Below are positions 18,435 through 27,365 of a stretch of 64,000 nucleotides of DNA, piece by piece. Positions within the stretch are counted from its first letter, which is position 1, and every line of letters begins with the position of its first letter. The stretch is from contig JAKSTC010000003.1 of the NCBI GenBank assembly GCA_024402765.1, forward strand, positions 16,112-80,111, given 5' to 3'. A program made the translations under genes and the position numbers. Source of the DNA: Alphaproteobacteria bacterium. GTDB lineage: Bacteria; Pseudomonadota; Alphaproteobacteria; Rs-D84. The notes beneath the pieces were generated by a model. The model was not told the origin of the DNA and did not search any database. It worked only from the letters and a program-made list of their open reading frames with translations.

Positions 18435-19805
18435 ATGCAAAAGTTTACAAAGATTACTGTTTCAATTGGTCCGAAATCTTCGAATGCCACGATTTTGCGC
18501 GAAATGATGTTGGCGGGTGCAAATGCTTTTCGTTTGAATTTTAGTCATGATACCGGTGATGTTCAGGGGACCAAGATTGATACGATTCGTTCTGTGGCGC
18601 GCGAACTTAATAAACCATGTTCAATAATTGTTGACCTGCAGGGACCAAAACACAGAATTGGTGATTTTGTGACAGAGGATAAATATAAATTAAAAATTGG
18701 TCAGCATTTTATTTTTGATGACAATCCTGCGCCTGGGAATGGTGAACGCGTATGTTTACCACATCCTGATGTTATGGCATCACTGCACGTGGGCGATAGG
18801 ATTTTGCTTAATGATGGTAAATTGGAAATGCGTGTCGATAGCGTTCGCCCAAATAAAATAGATGCTGTTGTTGTTCGTGGGGATGAAATTTGGTCGCGTC
18901 GCGGTTTTAATCTGCCGGATACATTAATAGATACACCGATATTAACCGACAAGGATAAATCAGATTTAGAATATGCAATAACAAAGAATCCTGATTGGGT
19001 GGCGGTGAGTTTTGTGCAAAAGCCCGAAGATATTGCATTTGTGCGTGACTTTATAACCGCGCGCACATCACACCAAATAAAAATTATTGCGAAAATAGAA
19101 CGCCCCCAGGCAATTGATAGAATCGAAGATATTGTTCAAATATCTGATGGTATAATGATTGCACGTGGTGATTTAGCGGTAGAGATGCCGTTCGAACAGG
19201 TCCCTGCAATATCGCGTAAAATTATACGCACATGCCGTATGTATAACCGCCCTGTGATAATGGCAACGCAAATGTTGGCGTCAATGGTGGAAAACGAATT
19301 TCCAACACGCGCAGAAATTTCAGATGTTGCAACCGCGGCATACCTGCGCGCAGATTCAACCATGACATCCGAAGAAACCACTGTTGGAATTAACCCGGTA
19401 AATACGGTTGGTGTTATGGCGCGCATTTTAAACTATTCTGATATGGACACACTTGCGAATCCATATGATTGGTTACGCATAGATAATGTGCCTGAAAATG
19501 ATTGGTCGCGTTCTGTGTCGTCCATGGCTCACCTGAATAAGGTTGCGGCAATCGTGGTGTTCGATAGGGATGGTCAAACGACAACAGAAATTTCATGTCG
19601 CAGACCCGATGTGCCAATTATTGTGGTATGCGGCAGTGAGACGATAGCAAATCAATTATGTTTATCGCGTGGTGTTTATGCCATATATGATGCAGAATTA
19701 TTCTCTATGCGTGATGCATTTGGTGCCGCGCGTGCATTTGGAATAACCTATGGTGATTTGGTAATTGTTGACGACCGCAAAATAAGTTTACGAACTTTGG
19801 TTTAA
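18435..19805 (+). CDS. pyk: Pyruvate kinase
   Basis: N-terminus KITVSIGPKS..., RLNFSH, MIARGDLAVE, MATQMLASM. Confidence 0.93.
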   Translation: MQKFTKITVSIGPKSSNATILREMMLAGANAFRLNFSHDTGDVQGTKIDTIRSVARELNKPCSIIVDLQGPKHRIGDFVTEDKYKLKIGQHFIFDDNPAPGNGERVCLPHPDVMASLHVGDRILLNDGKLEMRVDSVRPNKIDAVVVRGDEIWSRRGFNLPDTLIDTPILTDKDKSDLEYAITKNPDWVAVSFVQKPEDIAFVRDFITARTSHQIKIIAKIERPQAIDRIEDIVQISDGIMIARGDLAVEMPFEQVPAISRKIIRTCRMYNRPVIMATQMLASMVENEFPTRAEISDVATAAYLRADSTMTSEETTVGINPVNTVGVMARILNYSDMDTLANPYDWLRIDNVPENDWSRSVSSMAHLNKVAAIVVFDRDGQTTTEISCRRPDVPIIVVCGSETIANQLCLSRGVYAIYDAELFSMRDAFGAARAFGITYGDLVIVDDRKISLRTLV

Positions 19806-19811
19806 TAATTG

Positions 19812-20225
19812 TTATTTTATTTTTTCTCTCAAAATAGCGGAGTGGATATTGGGTGTATGCTGAAAATATACTGGTTTAATACCGATACTTTTGAGAAAAT
19901 CATTTTCAATTTTTTGTTCAGGTAAATGTCTATTGTCATCACCACGATAATATTCAGACACATTGATTCCAGATTCTAAAAGTTTTTGTACTAAGCTTAT
20001 TCCGTTTTCTATTATATATGCATCATAGACAATTTTAAATTCTTTGATAATACTTAATCTATCTTTCTCGTTTTGTATCGGGTCATGACCTTTTGCTGCT
20101 TTTATTCTGTTGTCACTATTTACACCGACAATTAATTTATCGCAGTGTTTATAGGCCTTTTTTAATAAATTTATATGACCTATATGTATTAAATCAAATG
20201 ATCCACAAACAACGCCGATTTTCAT
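19812..20225 (-). CDS. tagD: Small cytidylyltransferase, glycerol-3-phosphate cytidylyltransferase (TagD)-like
   Basis: GSFDLIHIGHINLLKKA (HxGH), 137 aa, C-terminal HTPNIHSAILREKI corresponding to the TagD RTEGISTTKIKE region. Confidence 0.65.
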   Translation of the reverse strand: MKIGVVCGSFDLIHIGHINLLKKAYKHCDKLIVGVNSDNRIKAAKGHDPIQNEKDRLSIIKEFKIVYDAYIIENGISLVQKLLESGINVSEYYRGDDNRHLPEQKIENDFLKSIGIKPVYFQHTPNIHSAILREKIK

Positions 20226-20226
20226 T

Positions 20227-21216
20227 TTATTTGTCCTTTGAGCAAAATTGATTAAAAACGTCTTGGTCGGATAAATTTAAAAATTCTCGTAAAGCGATAA
20301 GTTTTTTTGGTGATATATCTTGACTAAACATATGGTGTCGAAACATGTCATTAGGAAAAGAATAAATGTTACCCCAACATTTTGTTGCATATAATTCTAA
20401 ATCTTTTGGAAACCAAAAATAATATTTGTTAAATTTTAAACGTTTAGTAGGAAATATTGTGCTGTAGTCATAAAATTCTCCTGGTTTGCAATCGGCATGC
20501 ATAGGGAATATCGTTTTAGATTGGTCTGTGTTGTTGCAAAAAATAGATTGGTGTATTTTTTTTGTTAACTCAAAATCTGCTTCTATTATATTGTATTTTT
20601 TTTCTATGTCTTTGTGCGTTAGAGAATTTGTTAATTCGAAATGCATAAAAGGTACATCTGAGCGTTTGGTGCGAAATTTTTCTAATTGTTCTCTTAATTT
20701 TTGTTCGTTTTGTTCTTTATAACAATTTGGTGAATGATGCACATCATATCTTAGAATGTCTAAAAAAGCTTTGGTTTCTGTATGTATAATTCGGCAGACA
20801 TTACTAGTAAATAACGCATAAAAATATTTGTTGGGAATACAATGTTTAATTATTTTAATAAATTTACAATAATCGTCAGATAACATGCCTACATCAATAT
20901 CATCATCCCATGGAATGCAGTTGTTGTATCTTAATTTCCCAGCAATAGCACCCCCTATCATAAAATATTTTATGTTGTGTATCTGAGTGAATTTATCGAA
21001 AGTGTTTAGTAATTTTAGATTAGAATCTTGGATATATTTCATAATTCCACGGGCTTGTGGTATATGATTAATGTCAATAGAAGCAGATAAAATATTTAAT
21101 ATTTGTCCTATATAATCAGGTTTGGTAATTTTTGGACCACCCCAACGTCTAACTATGTTGCGCAATTTTCTTGTTGGTAAAGGAAAAGCTAGTATTCTAA
21201 ATAAAGTTCGTTTCAT
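20227..21216 (-). CDS. licD: LicD-family phosphotransferase (transfers a phospho-alcohol from a CDP-activated donor to a glycan)
   Basis: FMIGGAIAGKLRYNNCIPWDDDIDVGM, the LicD DxD-type signature. Confidence 0.7.
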   Translation of the reverse strand: MKRTLFRILAFPLPTRKLRNIVRRWGGPKITKPDYIGQILNILSASIDINHIPQARGIMKYIQDSNLKLLNTFDKFTQIHNIKYFMIGGAIAGKLRYNNCIPWDDDIDVGMLSDDYCKFIKIIKHCIPNKYFYALFTSNVCRIIHTETKAFLDILRYDVHHSPNCYKEQNEQKLREQLEKFRTKRSDVPFMHFELTNSLTHKDIEKKYNIIEADFELTKKIHQSIFCNNTDQSKTIFPMHADCKPGEFYDYSTIFPTKRLKFNKYYFWFPKDLELYATKCWGNIYSFPNDMFRHHMFSQDISPKKLIALREFLNLSDQDVFNQFCSKDK

Positions 21217-21232
21217 TTTATAACCCTTTTTG

Positions 21233-22099
21233 TTATTTTTTATTGTATTTTTTCATTACAGGAATTCCAAAAATAAGATAGTTTGTTGCTTTTGTAGATC
21301 TAGAAAAAATCTCTTTAATAAGATGCAAGCCAAATATTTTATAAATGGTTAAAGTTTGGTTAGGTGTGTTAATGCGTTCTTCTAATTCATATTTGTTTAT
21401 AAATGTACGCAGGTGTTTTGCTGCATATTTATATTGTTCTTGGTGTTTTGGACTATAGGCTTTATTTAATAGAGAATTAGCATTAAAAACATAGTGGTAA
21501 TAAGTATCAGGAACGGTTAAAACATAATTTGCTAATCGCATAGCATCGGGTGTAAAAAGTATATCTTCAAAAATACGCCCGTTTGCAAAAATTAGTTTGT
21601 TTTTATTTAAGAAATTGCGTTTGAACACATATCGCCATACTGTACAATTTGATAGTGCATTAGTTTCTATGAATTTTTCGGTAAGTGTTGTTAATATAGT
21701 TTTGTGTTTGTATTCTATATTATAAAAACTTCCGTTTTGTGATACAACGCCGGCGGCGATAATATCTGCGTCTATACCTTTATTCGCAGATATTATTTTT
21801 TCATAATAATCTAAATCTATGTAATCATCGCTATCTATGAAATGGATATAATCACCAGTTGCGTTTTTTAATCCTGTGTTTCGTGCCGCAGATAATCCTG
21901 AATTTGTTTGATATATAATTTTTATTCGCTTGTCAATTTTGGCGAATTGCTGACATATTTTATCGCTGTTGTCTTTACTCCCGTCATTGACAATAATGAT
22001 TTCTAAATTTTTGTGGGTTTGATGAATAATACTGTTCAAACATTGTGGCAAAAATTGTTCTGTATTATATACAGGTATTATAACAGAAACTTTACTCAT
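21233..22099 (-). CDS. Family 2 glycosyltransferase
   Basis: VSVIIPVYNTEQFLPQCLNSIIHQTHKNLEIIIVNDGSKDNS and a DSDD motif. GGGGGA RBS 7 nt before the ATG. Confidence 0.88.
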   Translation of the reverse strand: MSKVSVIIPVYNTEQFLPQCLNSIIHQTHKNLEIIIVNDGSKDNSDKICQQFAKIDKRIKIIYQTNSGLSAARNTGLKNATGDYIHFIDSDDYIDLDYYEKIISANKGIDADIIAAGVVSQNGSFYNIEYKHKTILTTLTEKFIETNALSNCTVWRYVFKRNFLNKNKLIFANGRIFEDILFTPDAMRLANYVLTVPDTYYHYVFNANSLLNKAYSPKHQEQYKYAAKHLRTFINKYELEERINTPNQTLTIYKIFGLHLIKEIFSRSTKATNYLIFGIPVMKKYNKK

Positions 22100-22124
22100 A
22101 CGATTCCCCCTTTTTTTGAATTGA

Positions 22125-22153
22125 TAAAAACCGCCTCTGAATCAAATGGCGGT
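22125..22153 (-). terminator. Intrinsic terminator inside the 5' leader of the GT2-licD-tagD operon
   Basis: Minus strand reads ACCGCC, a 12-nt loop, GGCGGU, then UUUUUAU. It ends 26 nt upstream of the GT2 start codon. Confidence 0.7.
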
Positions 22154-22361
22154 CGGGGAGTTCAAAAATCATACAGTAAGTGACTCCATCGGTCTTTGGT
22201 TGAACCTGTTTTATAACCGACGGCTCCCCGACCGATGTGTCGGGGTATAAACAATAAATGGTGCACATTGCACCACACATTGCCTATGTGGATAACAACA
22301 CTATATGTGCTGCTTACTGTACGGGCCTTTGAAAACCCTGAACCTTATTCCCACAAGATTC
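22154..22361 (-). promoter_or_regulatory. Structured leader RNA with mutually exclusive helices (riboswitch- or attenuator-like, class unknown)
   Basis: See the corresponding finding: a 9-bp long-range helix, a 7-bp hairpin and a competing 10-bp helix that overlaps the terminator. Confidence 0.45.
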
Positions 22362-22367
22362 ATAGTT

Positions 22368-22396
22368 ATTATACACAATATTTTTCAATCTGCAAA
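22368..22396 (-). promoter_or_regulatory. Promoter candidate for the leader and GT2 operon
   Basis: Minus strand reads TTTGCA, 17-nt spacer, TATAAT. Confidence 0.4.
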
Positions 22397-22444
22397 TCAT
22401 AAATTTATTGACCTGGGCTAATATTTTTTACTAACCTTTGCGGT

Positions 22445-23578
22445 ATGAGGAAGGTTTTAGTATTTTTTATATCTGTATTGTTTTGCATAACGGCGTATGC
22501 GGGCGGGTATCGTGCGGCGTTGGTTGCTGATATGGATTCAGGTCGCGTATTGTATTCTGAAAATGCAAACAATGCGAACTATCCTGCGAGTCTAACCAAA
22601 ATAATGACATTGTATTTGACATTTGATGCGTTGGAGCATGGACGCCTGCATCTGGACGATTACTTAATTGTATCAAATAGTGCGGCAAATGCAGAGCCGG
22701 TAAAACTGGGGTTAAGTGCGGGCAGTAAAATCAGTGTCGAAGATGCAATAAAAGCGGTCGCGGTGGTCAGTGCGAACGATGTCGCGCGCGTTCTGGCGGA
22801 AAATCTGCAGGGTGGCAAGGAAGGAAATTTCGCAGAATTAATGACGCGTGTTGCGCGCCAGATTGGTTTAAGTGATGTTACTAATTTTGAAAATTCATCA
22901 GGTCTACCCAATGATGATCATATGTCAACGGCGCGTGATATTGCATTGTTGTCTATGGCGGTGTATAAACATTACCCTCAGTATTGGAAATATTTTGGAA
23001 TCAAGACTTGGACATTTGGTGGTAAAACATATACAAACGGTAATCGTTTGCTGGGGGGGTACCCTGGTTGTGATGGTATGAAGACAGGATACACAAAAAA
23101 ATCAAAATATTCTTTGGTTGCAACGGCTATTCGTGATAATCATCACTTGGTTGCGGTGGTATTGGGCGCAGATGACAAAGATGTGCGTGCGGTGGCCGCA
23201 ACAAAAATGTTAAATCGCGGTTTTCAAGAGGTGGGGGTTGATACGACATCAAGTTATACATATCAACCTGTGGCGCAACAACAATACCCAATCACGCAAA
23301 GCAATCCAATGGCAAAATATGCGTCTGATGCACCAAAGGCAAAGACTGTTGCGGTGTCGTCTGGGAATGCGGGTGTTCAATTCGGTGCGTTTTCTACGCG
23401 TGATGCGGCGGTGCGCCAGGTGCAAAATGTTTCTGCAAAATTGGGTGTAACACCAAAAATAGAACAAAGTTCAAATGGCCTGTATCGTGTGCGACTGTAT
23501 GGGTTATCTGAATCATCTGCACAAACGATAAAAAATAATGCTTCTGCTAACGGTATTGATTGTTATATTTTTCATTGA
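22445..23578 (+). CDS. D-alanyl-D-alanine carboxypeptidase (S11, PBP5/6 type) with a C-terminal SPOR domain
   Basis: Signal peptide. SLTKIMT (SxxK), SAND (SxN), KTGYT (KTG). The C-terminal 75 aa (GVQFGAFSTRDAA...GLYRVRLYGLSESSAQ...GIDCYIF) are SPOR-like. Confidence 0.88.
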   Translation: MRKVLVFFISVLFCITAYAGGYRAALVADMDSGRVLYSENANNANYPASLTKIMTLYLTFDALEHGRLHLDDYLIVSNSAANAEPVKLGLSAGSKISVEDAIKAVAVVSANDVARVLAENLQGGKEGNFAELMTRVARQIGLSDVTNFENSSGLPNDDHMSTARDIALLSMAVYKHYPQYWKYFGIKTWTFGGKTYTNGNRLLGGYPGCDGMKTGYTKKSKYSLVATAIRDNHHLVAVVLGADDKDVRAVAATKMLNRGFQEVGVDTTSSYTYQPVAQQQYPITQSNPMAKYASDAPKAKTVAVSSGNAGVQFGAFSTRDAAVRQVQNVSAKLGVTPKIEQSSNGLYRVRLYGLSESSAQTIKNNASANGIDCYIFH

Positions 23579-23592
23579 TAAGGTATTGGTCT

Positions 23593-24186
23593 ATGAATCC
23601 ACAAATTGAAAAGTTAATAAAGATGTTTGCAAAGTTGCCACGTGTTGGAAATCGTGCGGCCCAACGAATCGTGTTGGCATTATTACAGGATAAAACAGGG
23701 CGCGCAAATGCTTTGTCTGAAATGTTAAGTGTAACCGCAAATACAATTCATCCATGTAAAAATTGTGGCGTTTTAACAGATAAAGATACATGTGAATTTT
23801 GTTCATCAACCGAACGCAGTAACGGGCAATTATGTGTTGTGCGTGATATGTCAGATGTATGGGTTATTGAAAAATCTGGATTTTATTCTGGTCGTTATCA
23901 TATAACGGGCGGTGTTATTTCGGGAACAAATGGGACAATGCCTGATGATTTGAATATTGCATCAATCTCATCACGCATAAAGCAAGAAAATATAAATGAA
24001 ATTATTTTTGCCCTGCCCAATACGGTAGAGGGGAAAACGACCCAATCGTATATTATGTCTGTGGTTGGCGAAAATTCAGGTGTCGCGTTTACTGAATTGG
24101 CATCGGGTATGCCGTTGGGTGGTGATTTAGATTATATTGATGACGGAACATTAACTTTGGCATTTGGGGGACGTAAAAAATTATGA
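23593..24186 (+). CDS. recR: Recombination protein RecR
   Basis: LPRVGNRAAQRIVLALL helix-hairpin-helix, a C4 zinc finger (CKNCG...CEFC) and a Toprim region. ATG 23593. Confidence 0.92.
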   Translation: MNPQIEKLIKMFAKLPRVGNRAAQRIVLALLQDKTGRANALSEMLSVTANTIHPCKNCGVLTDKDTCEFCSSTERSNGQLCVVRDMSDVWVIEKSGFYSGRYHITGGVISGTNGTMPDDLNIASISSRIKQENINEIIFALPNTVEGKTTQSYIMSVVGENSGVAFTELASGMPLGGDLDYIDDGTLTLAFGGRKKL

Positions 24187-25016
24187 CGGATATGATTGTA
24201 TCTTTACCACCGGTGTCAGAAATGATGCGTGATGCAGGTTTAGAACCCAAAAAACAATTTGGACAAAACTTTTTATTTGATTTGAATTTGACGGGTCGTA
24301 TTGCACGCAGTGTCCCAGACATTAAAAACACAACGGTGATAGAGGTTGGACCGGGCCCGGCCGGCCTGACACGCGCATTATTGATGGCAGGTGCAAAAAA
24401 AGTTATTGCTATAGAAAAAGATAAAACAACTCAGCCGATTTTATCACAAATTGTTGATGCTTCAAATGGACGGCTGTCAGTTATTTATGGTGATGCGCTG
24501 GACGTTGATTTTTCGTCATTGGATATAAAAGAATACGCATTGTGTTCTAATTTGCCGTACAATGTTGGGACAGAATTGTTGATACAATGGTTGCACATTG
24601 TTGCACAAAACAAAACACCAAAAATTAAATCTATGACTTTGATGTTTCAGCGTGAGGTTGCAGACCGAATCGTTGCAAATGTTGGCGATAAACAATATGG
24701 ACGTTTGTCGGTTTTAACTGCACTTGTTGCAGATGCCAAGATATTGTTTGGTGTTCCAAATACTGCGTTTGTTCCACAGCCCAAGGTGCAATCAGCAGTT
24801 GTTCAAATTATTCCAAATTATGACAAGATAAAAAAACTTGGTGATATAAGTCGTGTTGAAAATTTAACTGCGAAATTATTTTCATCGCGTCGTAAAATGA
24901 TACGCGGAATATTACGTGATATTGATTGGAATTTGTTCGGCTTAACAGGTACAGAACGGGCAGAGAATTTATACCCAGAAAAATTTTTAGAAATTGCTAA
25001 AAAAGTGTTGATATAA
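24183..25016 (+). CDS. rsmA: 16S rRNA (adenine1518/1519-N6)-dimethyltransferase
   Basis: KKQFGQNFLFD and VIEVGPGPAGLT motifs. Confidence 0.93.
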   Translation: MTDMIVSLPPVSEMMRDAGLEPKKQFGQNFLFDLNLTGRIARSVPDIKNTTVIEVGPGPAGLTRALLMAGAKKVIAIEKDKTTQPILSQIVDASNGRLSVIYGDALDVDFSSLDIKEYALCSNLPYNVGTELLIQWLHIVAQNKTPKIKSMTLMFQREVADRIVANVGDKQYGRLSVLTALVADAKILFGVPNTAFVPQPKVQSAVVQIIPNYDKIKKLGDISRVENLTAKLFSSRRKMIRGILRDIDWNLFGLTGTERAENLYPEKFLEIAKKVLI

Positions 25017-25066
25017 AAATCTATTTTGTGCAATAGTGGTTTTGTCGAGAGGAGAGAGAATACCAA

Positions 25067-26770
25067 ATGTCACCATCTATATTGCTGTTCGTTGTTGTTA
25101 TTTTTGCGCTGGTCTGTATCTTACGTATGGCAAAAATTAGTGCGCTGGTCGCATTTTTAATTGGTGGCATTTTGGCAGGGCCATATGTTTTTAATTTTTT
25201 TACACTTAATGATACTTGGTCATTGTTGGGTAATCTGGGTATTTTATTTTTATGGTTTATGGTCGGATTGGAAATGGATATTTCGCGGGTGTGGTCAATG
25301 CGACGCAGTTTGTTGGGGTTTGGTGCAGCCCAGGTTTTGACAATTGTTTTTATGTTGTTTCCAATTTTGGCAATAATTACCGGTTGGTCTGTTTCAGGCG
25401 CAATGGTGATGGCATTAATGTTGGCATTGTCCAGCCAATCACAGGGTTTGCCACTGCTGGCAGACAGTGGAAAAATAAATAGTTTTGTTGGTAAAAAAAG
25501 TTTATCTATTTTTATGTTCCAAGATTTGTTGATAATACCGTTGATGGTTTTGTTGCCTGTGGTTGCGGGTAAATCTTTCAAGATTGGTGCAACATTTATA
25601 GATGTTTCTGTGTTATCAATACTATTGGTTGTGGGTGTAATTTTAATTGGTAAGTTTTTATTAACACCATTGCTTAAACGTGTTGCGCGTTTGAACTCTC
25701 GCGAAGCAATGTTATTAACCGTATGGGCGAACATATTATTGTGGGCATATGTTATGCATTTGATTGGCTTGCCAATGGGGTTGGGTGGTTTCTTGGCGGG
25801 TATGCTGATGTCTGAAACAATTTATAAAAATCAAATCAGTGCAGATATGTCGCCATACACATTATTGTTTATTGCTTTGTTCTTTGTAGCATTGGGGTTG
25901 GAATTGAATATTCCTGTGCTATTAAGTAAGTGGTACATAATTATTCTTGCTGTGGCTATTTTGGTTGCGATAAAATTTGCGGCGGTGTTTATGGTTGCAC
26001 GCATTCGCAGGGTTCCTGTAAATGATGCAACTTTTATGGGATTGCTGTTGGCACAAAGTGGTGAATTCGCAATATTATTTTTACAGATGATGCGCAATAA
26101 TGGTATAGAAATAATTCCGTTACCACACCAGGAAGTATTAACGCTTGTAATCATTTTATCTATGATAATTTCACCTTTGATATTGATGGGGTATAATAAA
26201 ATCAGTCGTTCTGGAATGTTTGGGACCAGGAAAAAATCTCATGAAGTCTCGGACAGTTTAATCAAAGAAAAACCACGTGTTGTAATATGTGGGTTTGGGC
26301 GCGTTGGTCAAATTGTTGCCCGTATGTTACAGGAAAAAAATATTCCTTATGTTGCAATTGATACAAATGCTAATGCCGTAATACAGGGGCGCGAACAGGG
26401 TTTGAATGCCGTATATGGTGATGCTACAAATATTAATACTTTGCGCAGGTTGGGTTTGTCTGTGCCTAATACGCGGGCGGTTGTTATTACAATTGATAGT
26501 CTGAATACGGCACAACGTGTTATATTATCGATTCGTTCTGTTGCGCCACATGTTAAAATTTATGCGCGCACACGCAACCTGGGGGATACACAAAACATTT
26601 TGCATCTTAATATAACCCAAGCATTCCCAGAAACCATAGAATCTGCGTTTTGGTTGGGTTATGGTGTGTTAAGTCAATTGGGCGTTTCGCGCGAAGAAGT
26701 GCGTGATATGTTGCATGATATGCGCGCCAATGGTTATGAAAAATTAACCGGTGTCCCAGAACAAAATTAA
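25067..26770 (+). CDS. kefB: CPA2-family monovalent cation/proton antiporter with a C-terminal TrkA-N/RCK domain (KefB/KefC-like)
   Basis: About 12 TM segments followed by the Rossmann motif VVICGFGRVGQIVARML. Confidence 0.75.
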   Translation: MSPSILLFVVVIFALVCILRMAKISALVAFLIGGILAGPYVFNFFTLNDTWSLLGNLGILFLWFMVGLEMDISRVWSMRRSLLGFGAAQVLTIVFMLFPILAIITGWSVSGAMVMALMLALSSQSQGLPLLADSGKINSFVGKKSLSIFMFQDLLIIPLMVLLPVVAGKSFKIGATFIDVSVLSILLVVGVILIGKFLLTPLLKRVARLNSREAMLLTVWANILLWAYVMHLIGLPMGLGGFLAGMLMSETIYKNQISADMSPYTLLFIALFFVALGLELNIPVLLSKWYIIILAVAILVAIKFAAVFMVARIRRVPVNDATFMGLLLAQSGEFAILFLQMMRNNGIEIIPLPHQEVLTLVIILSMIISPLILMGYNKISRSGMFGTRKKSHEVSDSLIKEKPRVVICGFGRVGQIVARMLQEKNIPYVAIDTNANAVIQGREQGLNAVYGDATNINTLRRLGLSVPNTRAVVITIDSLNTAQRVILSIRSVAPHVKIYARTRNLGDTQNILHLNITQAFPETIESAFWLGYGVLSQLGVSREEVRDMLHDMRANGYEKLTGVPEQN

Positions 26771-26828
26771 CTAATTTTAATTGCTTTTACGTGCTGCTAT
26801 TGCTATATTGCGATAACAGGGGTTTAAA

Positions 26829-27365
26829 ATGAAAAAAGCAATTAAAAATATTGGTATAATACTCGGCGTTATTGCCTTGGATTTTATCACAAAATCGTAT
26901 TTGTTGTTTTTGATAACTGGGCGTGTGCCACTTTTTGGAAACGCATGGGGACTGGTTCCTTTTCCTTATTTGATGACACATGTTACAAATTGGTTTAATA
27001 TTGTTTTTACATGGAATCCGGGCACAGCGTTTTCTATGTTACGCGGATTGGGTAACAATGCATCGTGGGTAATTTGTGTCATCACAGGAATTATTATATT
27101 TGTGATAATGCGTTATTTGTTTAAGCGCGCATCTGATTATGAACGTTTGCCGCTTGCTTTAATTGTGGGGGGGGCGTTGGGTAATTTAATAGATAGAATT
27201 CGTTTTGGCGCGGTTATTGATTTCATAGATTGGCACATTGGTGGCTGGCATTGGCCTGCATTTAATGTGGCGGATGTTTGTATTTGTGTTGGTGTTGGCT
27301 TGTATATCATAAATTGGTTGTTTGCACGTAATAAATGTTTAAATAAATGTAAAGGTGGAAAATAA
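26829..27365 (+). CDS. lspA: Lipoprotein signal peptidase II
   Basis: GGALGNLIDR and FNVAD motifs; 4 TM segments. Confidence 0.92.
   Translation: MKKAIKNIGIILGVIALDFITKSYLLFLITGRVPLFGNAWGLVPFPYLMTHVTNWFNIVFTWNPGTAFSMLRGLGNNASWVICVITGIIIFVIMRYLFKRASDYERLPLALIVGGALGNLIDRIRFGAVIDFIDWHIGGWHWPAFNVADVCICVGVGLYIINWLFARNKCLNKCKGGK

Noticed and set aside
22092-22280. 62-aa minus-strand ORF in the GT2 leader
   Set aside because: It overlaps the GT2 start codon and the terminator hairpin and has no RBS. The RNA-structure explanation is preferred, although a leader-peptide mechanism cannot be fully excluded.
22154-22361. SRP (4.5S) RNA, 6S RNA, tmRNA or RNase P RNA
   Set aside because: I found no GGAAGCAGCC-type SRP domain IV motif with a GNRA loop, no RNase P GAGGAAAGUCC box, and no tag ORF. 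The position directly upstream of a gene, together with the terminator, fits a cis-leader better.
25021-25734. 237-aa ORF on the minus strand
   Set aside because: It is antisense to the 5' part of the kefB-like antiporter gene. The product is Ile/Asn/Lys/Thr-rich, typical of the reverse frame of an AT-rich membrane-protein gene.
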